A DNA stretch of 46,124 nucleotides from Rheinheimera sp. Its GTDB lineage: Bacteria > Pseudomonadota > Gammaproteobacteria > Enterobacterales > Alteromonadaceae. The stretch's first letter is position 1, and each line of letters opens with the position of its first letter. Where the stretch lies: positions 1 to 46,124 of the forward strand of contig NZ_DATCSY010000371.1 of assembly GCF_036568245.1 (NCBI RefSeq). The letters run 5' to 3'. The translations under genes and the position numbers were made by a program. The notes under the pieces are model-generated. The model was not told the DNA's origin, did not search any database, and saw only the letters and a list, made by a program, of their open reading frames with translations. Of the stretch, positions 40,281 through 46,124 are shown one piece after another.

Positions 40281-41153
40281 CTGGCCCTGATTGTACCGGT
40301 ACTGATTGCATTGCTGCTGTTACCGGGGCGCGATTTATTAACAACCACGGATGTTGCCATGTTACAGCTGCTATGGGTAACCTGGATGGCACAGCAAGCC
40401 GGACAGCGCTGGGCCGTGATTACTACGGTAAACAGTGTACTACTGCTCGACTGGTTTTTTGTTGAACCCTATAACACCTTATATGTGCACCAGATCGACT
40501 ATCTGATCACCTTTATTGTGATGTTGCTGCGGTCTATCTCACATGACTTACGTACACCGCTGGCAACGATTATGGGAGCATCCAGTATGCTGGCCGATAA
40601 AGAGCTGACACTCAGCCGAGAAGCCATACAGCAACAGGCCGAGAATATTTTTCAGCAAAGCAGTTTACTCAGTCGTCACTTTGACAAAGTGATGGAGTTA
40701 AGCCGGGTGCAGCAGCCACAGCAGACACTGACGCTCGCAGAGCTTGATGTAGCAGATATCATTTCCGCCGCAATTAGCCGCCGGGCGCAGCTGTTAAATA
40801 GCTTGCCACTGCAGACAGCGCTAGCGGGCTCTCAGTGTGTCGCCGACAGCACCTTGTTAGAAATAGCACTGGCAAATATGCTGGAAAATACCGTGCGTCA
40901 CGGCGCCGCGCCCTTTATGGTTTGTTTTGACCTATCAGAGGGGTATTACAGTCTGGAAGTCAGCAATGCCCCGGCACCGCAGCAACAGAGCCAACGTGAC
41001 AGCGGCACCGGGCTTGGTACTGCTATTTGCAAGGCGGTAATGCAGCTGCATAACGGCCAGTTTACGTTGCAAACCTCAGTGGACCATACCATATCGGCTA
41101 AGCTACGCTGGCCACAGCAGATAACAGATGTCACGGAGCTACAGCATGGCTGA
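40273..41153 (+). pseudogene. kdpD: KdpD-like sensor kinase remnant (DUF4118 TM region + HisKA + HATPase)
   Basis: DWFFVEPYNTL..YLITF runs directly into RSISHDLRTPL; GTGLG present. No convincing own start, and the TM4-HisKA linker is missing. Confidence 0.6.
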
Positions 41154-41829
41154 GTCAATACTGGTACTGGAAGATGATCCGGCTATGCAGAGCTTCCTGA
41201 CTACACTGTTAAACAGCCAGCAGTACCAGGTGCAGAGCTTCAGCGCCGGCTTGCCGGCATTACAGTATCTGGTTATGCAGCCGGCAGCGCTTATTTTACT
41301 TGATCTGGGGCTGGCAGATATGGATGGTCAGCTCTGGCTGCAGCAACTGCGCAGCTGGTGCGACACACCTGTCATCGTGATATCGGCCCGCCACAGTGAG
41401 CAGGATAAAGTTCAGGCTCTGGATAACGGTGCAAACGATTATGTCACCAAACCGTTCAGTGCAGCTGAGCTGATGGCCAGGGTACGCGCAAACCTGCGCA
41501 AAGTGGCGCCCGGCCAGCAGTTGTTTGTGTTTGGCGATGTGCAGCTGGATCCGATAAGCCGCTCTGTACAGCGCGGCGGGCAACAAGTCCACCTGACTAA
41601 AACCGAATATGACATCTTGCTACTGCTGATGCGGCATTGTGACAAGGTACTGACACATAACCAGATCCTGACGCAGGTTTGGGGTAAGGCTTATGTCGAC
41701 AGGCCGGAATATGTGCGGGTGCACGTGGCGCAGTTGCGGCAGAAGCTGGAGGCTAATCCGGCAGCGCCGATGTATCTGAAAACAGAACCCGGCGTTGGCT
41801 ACCGCCTGGCAGCCAGCATACCGGGTTAA
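41146..41829 (+). CDS. kdpE: KdpE-like OmpR-family response regulator
   Basis: LDLGLADMDG, KVQALDNGANDYVTKPF, HLTKTEY, RVHVAQLRQKLE.NP and TEPGVGYRL. Confidence 0.88.
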   Translation: MAESILVLEDDPAMQSFLTTLLNSQQYQVQSFSAGLPALQYLVMQPAALILLDLGLADMDGQLWLQQLRSWCDTPVIVISARHSEQDKVQALDNGANDYVTKPFSAAELMARVRANLRKVAPGQQLFVFGDVQLDPISRSVQRGGQQVHLTKTEYDILLLLMRHCDKVLTHNQILTQVWGKAYVDRPEYVRVHVAQLRQKLEANPAAPMYLKTEPGVGYRLAASIPG

Positions 41830-41833
41830 ATAA

Positions 41834-43924
41834 CTAGTTGGTTTTTTCTGCTGGTGTGCGGTACTTCTCGAACCACGCCAGCATATATTCTACTTTTTCA
41901 ATCATCCGGCTTGGCCGGTTAGAAATACCATGTGGAGAGCCCGGAATACGCACCATCGCTGTATCAATCCGCCGTAGTTTCAGCGCCTGATAAAACTGCT
42001 CTGATTCCGAGATTGGCGTACGCCTGTCGCTTTCACCGGTGATCAGAATGGTTGGTGTCGTGACATTGCCGACCAGGCTCAGTGGTGAACGCTGCCAGTA
42101 ATGTTCCACATTTTCCCATGGCACCCCCGGGAACTGATGGAAGGTCTGGTAGGTGTAAGAGTCGCCGGTCAGCACTTTGCTTAACCAGTTGATAATAGGT
42201 TTAACGACTGCTGCTGCTTTATATCTGTTGGTCAGGCCAATGGCATAGGCGGTCGCGATACCACCGGCAGAACCACCGCCAATAAACAGATTATTTTCGT
42301 CGATAAAGCCCAGTTTAAGCATCGCATTTACGCCGCTGTCGTGGTCGGCATAGTCTTCCGGTGAGCTGTATTTATTATGTAGCAACATCGCAAACCGTTC
42401 GCCATAAGATGAGCTGCCGCGGTGATTGTCGTAAAACACCACATAGCCTTCTTTGGCATAACGCTGCATTTCGGCGCTCCATTGCGGGCCGTACGCTAAA
42501 TGCGGGCCGCCGTGGATTTCCAGCAGTAACGGATATTTTTTCGCCGGGTCGAAATCCGGAGGTGTCATATACCAGCCCTGGATCTCTTCGCCGTCAAATG
42601 AAGATTTATACGTAATTTCATGCACCTGAGCCAATTTTTTGTGGCCTAACAAATCTTCGTTAAGTGCCGTCAGCACTGTGCTTTTGCCTTTTTGCAGTAC
42701 TGCAACATCGCTTGGACGCTGACTGGTACCATGGGTGTAGGCTATTACGCCATTGTCTGACACACTGTACTGGCCGCTCAGATAAGGTTGTGGCTGGCTG
42801 ACGCCGCCTAAACTGGCCGTCAGGTCTGTCAGTTTGCCTTTACTGGTTAAACTGGCCAGTTTGCGCTGACCGCGGTCATCGTATTGCACAACAAAGCTGG
42901 AATTACTCAGCCAGTTAGGGCTGTCGATACTGCGGTCAAAGTCTGCTGCGACATCAGTAACAGTATTATTACCCAGCGTAAGGATTTTTAGCTTGCTGTT
43001 GCTGTAAGGCACCAGATCGTTGCTCTGCCACAGGAAAGCCAGTTGCCTGCCATCAGGCGAGAACACCGGAGATGACTCATCTCCGGCCATGGTAGTCAGC
43101 GCAACCAGCTGTTCTGTGGCTAAATCCAGCCGGTACAGGTTGCTGTCGCGTGGCTGAAACTCCCACTCGGCATCCAGATTGGCGGAAAATACCAGCGCTT
43201 TACTGTCGGGGGTGAACTGCAAATCGCTGCCATAGTGAAAATCGCCTTTGGTCAGCTGGCGCTCGGTACCGCCACTGGCCGGCAGGACAAAGATCTGGCG
43301 GAACTCGGGTTTCAGAAAGCCTTGGCCATCCGCCTGATAACGCACTCTGTCGAGCACGACTGCTGAATCAGACCATTTTGCCCCTGCAGGCTTTTTCACC
43401 TTCTTAACCCGTTGTTTTACGTCGGCCTCGCTGGCCATTATATTCATCGTAAATGCCAGCTGTTTGCCATCCGGTGACCAGGTCAGGTTGGACGGGCTGT
43501 TTTGCAGCGTGGATAACTGTGCGGTTTTATTCTCCGCCAGCCAGTGCAGGTGAATTTGGCGCTTGCCGCTAACATCTGAGATAAACGCCAGCTGCTTACC
43601 ATCGGCAGACCAGCGCGGCTGGCTATAGTTAAACTTATCAGCAAACAACGGGAGTTGTTTACCGGTTTTGACATCCAGCAGCCATAAGGTTGTGTGCGTG
43701 CTGTCCGTCATGATGTCGTTGCTGGCGCGAACATAAACAATTTTGCTGCCATCTGGCGATATCTGCACGTCGCTGGCGTATTCCAGCGCAAATATATCTT
43801 CTGCTTCAAAATAACGGCTGCTGGCACTGACTGGCGTCTGGCTGGTGGTTTCTGCCTGTAACGCAGCACTGCCCAGGAGCAGACTGGCCGTGATAGCCAA
43901 CGCTGAGCGGGTAAAAGTAGACAT
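41834..43924 (-). CDS. S9-family peptidase (acylaminoacyl/dipeptidyl peptidase-like), secreted
   Basis: Signal peptide, WD40/TolB-like propeller repeats, IHGGPH, GGSAGG nucleophile, D.R and H. ATG 43924 follows GGAG. Confidence 0.92.
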   Translation of the reverse strand: MSTFTRSALAITASLLLGSAALQAETTSQTPVSASSRYFEAEDIFALEYASDVQISPDGSKIVYVRASNDIMTDSTHTTLWLLDVKTGKQLPLFADKFNYSQPRWSADGKQLAFISDVSGKRQIHLHWLAENKTAQLSTLQNSPSNLTWSPDGKQLAFTMNIMASEADVKQRVKKVKKPAGAKWSDSAVVLDRVRYQADGQGFLKPEFRQIFVLPASGGTERQLTKGDFHYGSDLQFTPDSKALVFSANLDAEWEFQPRDSNLYRLDLATEQLVALTTMAGDESSPVFSPDGRQLAFLWQSNDLVPYSNSKLKILTLGNNTVTDVAADFDRSIDSPNWLSNSSFVVQYDDRGQRKLASLTSKGKLTDLTASLGGVSQPQPYLSGQYSVSDNGVIAYTHGTSQRPSDVAVLQKGKSTVLTALNEDLLGHKKLAQVHEITYKSSFDGEEIQGWYMTPPDFDPAKKYPLLLEIHGGPHLAYGPQWSAEMQRYAKEGYVVFYDNHRGSSSYGERFAMLLHNKYSSPEDYADHDSGVNAMLKLGFIDENNLFIGGGSAGGIATAYAIGLTNRYKAAAVVKPIINWLSKVLTGDSYTYQTFHQFPGVPWENVEHYWQRSPLSLVGNVTTPTILITGESDRRTPISESEQFYQALKLRRIDTAMVRIPGSPHGISNRPSRMIEKVEYMLAWFEKYRTPAEKTN

Positions 43925-44143
43925 AAATCTCCCGGATATCATTAATCTTATAGTTTGGTCCTTAAAACTATCCTGATCTGTTTGCTGTGACAAACCTGTT
44001 AGCGGCAAACTGAAGGTTTTAAGCGGCATAGCTCTAAAAGCAGGTGTGTTTGCAGTATTAAGGTATGGCTAATATTTGTACAGTTATGCGACTGATTGCC
44101 TATACTTAACACCCGGCTGTTTATCTGTATGGAGGATGGCGAC

Positions 44144-44701
44144 ATGTTAAGGCACTACTTTATCAGTGACGACCTAACCGATTTTGTGAAAATAGAATAT
44201 GAACTGCAGCAGCACGGTATCGATGCGCCACAGGTTCATGTACTGAGTGACAATGATGCTGCGATAGAACTACACCGTTTACATGAAGTTGCACCTGTGC
44301 TGAAAAGCGATGTTGTGCACGCAACAGAAATTGGCGCAGTCATTGGCGTGATAGCGGCTTTGTTTATCCTGGCCCTGGCCTATATTCTTGGCTGGACAGA
44401 GACAACAGCCGGTTGGATCCCTTTTATCTTTCTGGCTGTAGTAGTGCTTGGCTTCTGTACCTGGGAAGGCGGCTTTATTGGTATTCAGCAGCCCAATACC
44501 CACTTCAAGCGCTTTCAGGGAGAACTACAGCAGGGGCAACATGTGTTGTTTATCGATATTGAACCAGCGCAGGAAGCAGTGCTTAACGGCGTGATACAAC
44601 ATTACCCGAAACTGAAAAGTGTCGGCCAGGGCGAGGCTACACCGGCCTGGGTTGTGCGCAGTCAGCAGTTATTCCGCCGTTTTGTAAAAGTGATGCCCTA
44701 A
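44144..44701 (+). CDS. Conserved two-TM hypothetical protein
   Basis: GGAGG RBS, two hydrophobic helices and a GFCTWEGG motif. Confidence 0.75.
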   Translation: MLRHYFISDDLTDFVKIEYELQQHGIDAPQVHVLSDNDAAIELHRLHEVAPVLKSDVVHATEIGAVIGVIAALFILALAYILGWTETTAGWIPFIFLAVVVLGFCTWEGGFIGIQQPNTHFKRFQGELQQGQHVLFIDIEPAQEAVLNGVIQHYPKLKSVGQGEATPAWVVRSQQLFRRFVKVMP

Positions 44702-44725
44702 CAGCGTCAGTGGTGAGCATTGAAT

Positions 44726-44756
44726 AAACAGGCTGGCTATTACTGCCAGCCTGTTT
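44726..44756. terminator. Bidirectional terminator
   Basis: aaacaggctggc-tattact-gccagcctgttt. Confidence 0.8.
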
Positions 44757-44766
44757 TGTCTTAGCC

Positions 44767-45327
44767 TCAGGCACTCAGGCTGTCGAAGATATGCAGGAAA
44801 GTCGGCGTTTGCTGAATATGCAGATTCACTTTCAGTCGCCGTGCGATGTCCTGTGCGCTGATTACGCCCCGGATCTGATGGCTTTCGCGGTCGATGACGA
44901 CGCAGTGTTGTTCGCCACTGGATTGCAGTGTATTAACAACATCAGCGATACTGCATTGTTTTAACTGTTGGTACGCCAGCGCTTTAATGCGCTCACGCGG
45001 GCGCATCAGATCGGCAACCAGAATATCATCACGGCTGTCACCGAAGGCTACTCGGCGCATAATGGCCTGATCTGACAACTGTTCCAGATGCAGTAAGCCG
45101 ACCATCTCACCGTCGTTATCAACAACCAGTTTTAACTTGCTTTGTTCTTGTTGCATCATTTCAAGCGCATCACTGGCAGAACTGGCGGCGCTGATCATAT
45201 TAGGCAGGCTGTGTTTGAAATCAGTAACAACAGACAGCGCAGGTGAACTCAGAGTAGTATCGTCAAAATCAGCTGGTTGTACTAAATGGTCAATAGCTTC
45301 AACAGCATATAAGGCTAACGTTTTCAT
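44767..45327 (-). CDS. Stand-alone CBS-pair (Bateman) protein
   Basis: LVVDNDGEMVGLL, VADLM.P and VVID..IRGVISAQDI. ATG 45327 follows GAGGA. Confidence 0.88.
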   Translation of the reverse strand: MKTLALYAVEAIDHLVQPADFDDTTLSSPALSVVTDFKHSLPNMISAASSASDALEMMQQEQSKLKLVVDNDGEMVGLLHLEQLSDQAIMRRVAFGDSRDDILVADLMRPRERIKALAYQQLKQCSIADVVNTLQSSGEQHCVVIDRESHQIRGVISAQDIARRLKVNLHIQQTPTFLHIFDSLSA

Positions 45328-45432
45328 GGTATTCCTCACAAACCGGCACGCAGAGGCCATGCCGGAACAATTATTTCTTGGTAAATAAACAGCCTGGCTG
45401 TTCAGAATTAAACAAATTGTGAGGTAAGTACC
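45328..45432 (-). promoter_or_regulatory. SD-sequestering RNA structure linking the leader ORF to the CBS gene
   Basis: mRNA GGUA-CUUA-CCUCACAA (45432-45417) pairs with UUGUGAGG-AA-UACC (45341-45328) and encloses two small hairpins. Confidence 0.7.
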
Positions 45433-45731
45433 GGTGGCGCACGCGCCTGTTGCAGTGTCAGACTGGCAGCAATACCGGCAGCTATCAGTTGCTCAGGTGA
45501 GTTATTGCCGTTGTGGGGGAGTTGCTTGTTAGCGGTAACCGGCAAAACCGGTTGTGGCTCGTCAGTGCCATCCTGTGTTACATCAGAGGTACACTGTGGT
45601 ATTTCAGGTGTGACGGCATGGAATTGTGTATCGGCCAGCGGTGACAGCCGTGCATCGTGCACTGCAAAGGCTTGTGGCGTACACAACAAGCTTAGATACA
45701 GTATTAAGGCAAAACTACTTAGCCAACGCAC
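45408..45731 (-). CDS. Leader peptide with Sec-type signal peptide and a RAPP arrest motif near the C-terminus
   Basis: MRWLSSFALILYLSLLCTPQAFA, then a low-complexity spacer, then QARAPP 7 codons before the stop. TAAGG lies upstream of the GTG. Confidence 0.72.
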   Translation of the reverse strand: MRWLSSFALILYLSLLCTPQAFAVHDARLSPLADTQFHAVTPEIPQCTSDVTQDGTDEPQPVLPVTANKQLPHNGNNSPEQLIAAGIAASLTLQQARAPPVLTSQFV

Positions 45732-45854
45732 AACGGGTAACCTTATTAAACCGATATTGATCTAAATCAAATATGCTGGCTGTTTACAAAATATGCAAGG
45801 CTGACCGCCTAACAATTGCGACAAATTGCACAATTTCACTGTTAAGAGGTTTAG

Positions 45855-46124
45855 CTAGCTGGTTGTTTCCTGCTGCGAGAAGCCATTTCGGCCCCGCTGC
45901 TTGGTCAGGTACAGTTGCTTATCAGCACGCTCGGTGATGTCTGCTTCATAACCCCAATGTGGATCTGCGGCTGCAATACCGATACTGACACTGATCACGC
46001 CATACTTCGATGCCGGATGCGCGATAGCTAACGCTGTGATAGCCGCCAGAATTTTGGCCGCTACAGTGCGGGCTCCGTCGGCAGTGGTATCTGGTAATAC
46101 TGCAACAAACTCTTCCCCGCCATA
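45855..46124 (-). CDS. Diguanylate cyclase (GGDEF), C-terminal part
   Basis: Manual translation: YGGEEFVAVLP..VSIGIA..RADKQLYLTKQRGRNGF..*. Not in the ORF track because the start lies outside the window. Confidence 0.9.
   Translation of the reverse strand, partial: YGGEEFVAVLPDTTADGARTVAAKILAAITALAIAHPASKYGVISVSIGIAAADPHWGYEADITERADKQLYLTKQRGRNGFSQQETTS

Noticed and set aside
40281-40465. Tail of ORF 39770-40465 as a novel TrkH C-terminal domain
   Set aside because: It is the out-of-frame read of the kdpD-like sequence after the junction.
45505-45765. 86-aa Cys-rich + strand ORF
   Set aside because: Antisense shadow of the RAPP leader, with a TTG start and no support.

Overview
Chromosomal window from an aquatic gammaproteobacterium. 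Gene content and roughly 50% GC suggest Rheinheimera/Alishewanella/Arsukibacterium-like Alteromonadales; this is inferred, not proven. In order: 3' end of a TonB-dependent receptor; a CrbS/MxtR-type SLC5 hybrid kinase with a LuxR-type regulator; bdhA; an AbgT transporter; a large chitin/GlcNAc locus (LacI-type nagR, TBDR, cupin, TauE, SapC, GH20 hexosaminidase, nagK-nagBII-nagA-nagP-nagX) with five TGACAGCGYTGTCA-type operators; wzi-coaD; TetR; kbl-tdh; a PEP-CTERM protein; two convergent secreted S8 proteases; an HI0933 flavoprotein; DUF4862; a thiol-dioxygenase-like cupin; a decayed trkH-kdpD-kdpE module; an S9 peptidase; a membrane protein; a CBS protein; and the 3' end of a GGDEF gene. Two regulatory candidates stand out. 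(1) A signal-peptide-bearing leader ORF has a RAPP arrest motif near its C-terminus, and the codons right after RAPP form an anti-Shine-Dalgarno for the downstream CBS gene. (2) An apparently non-coding, operator-controlled, structured sRNA of about 195 nt lies between sapC and hex. No mobile elements, CRISPR arrays, rRNA or tRNA genes were seen.
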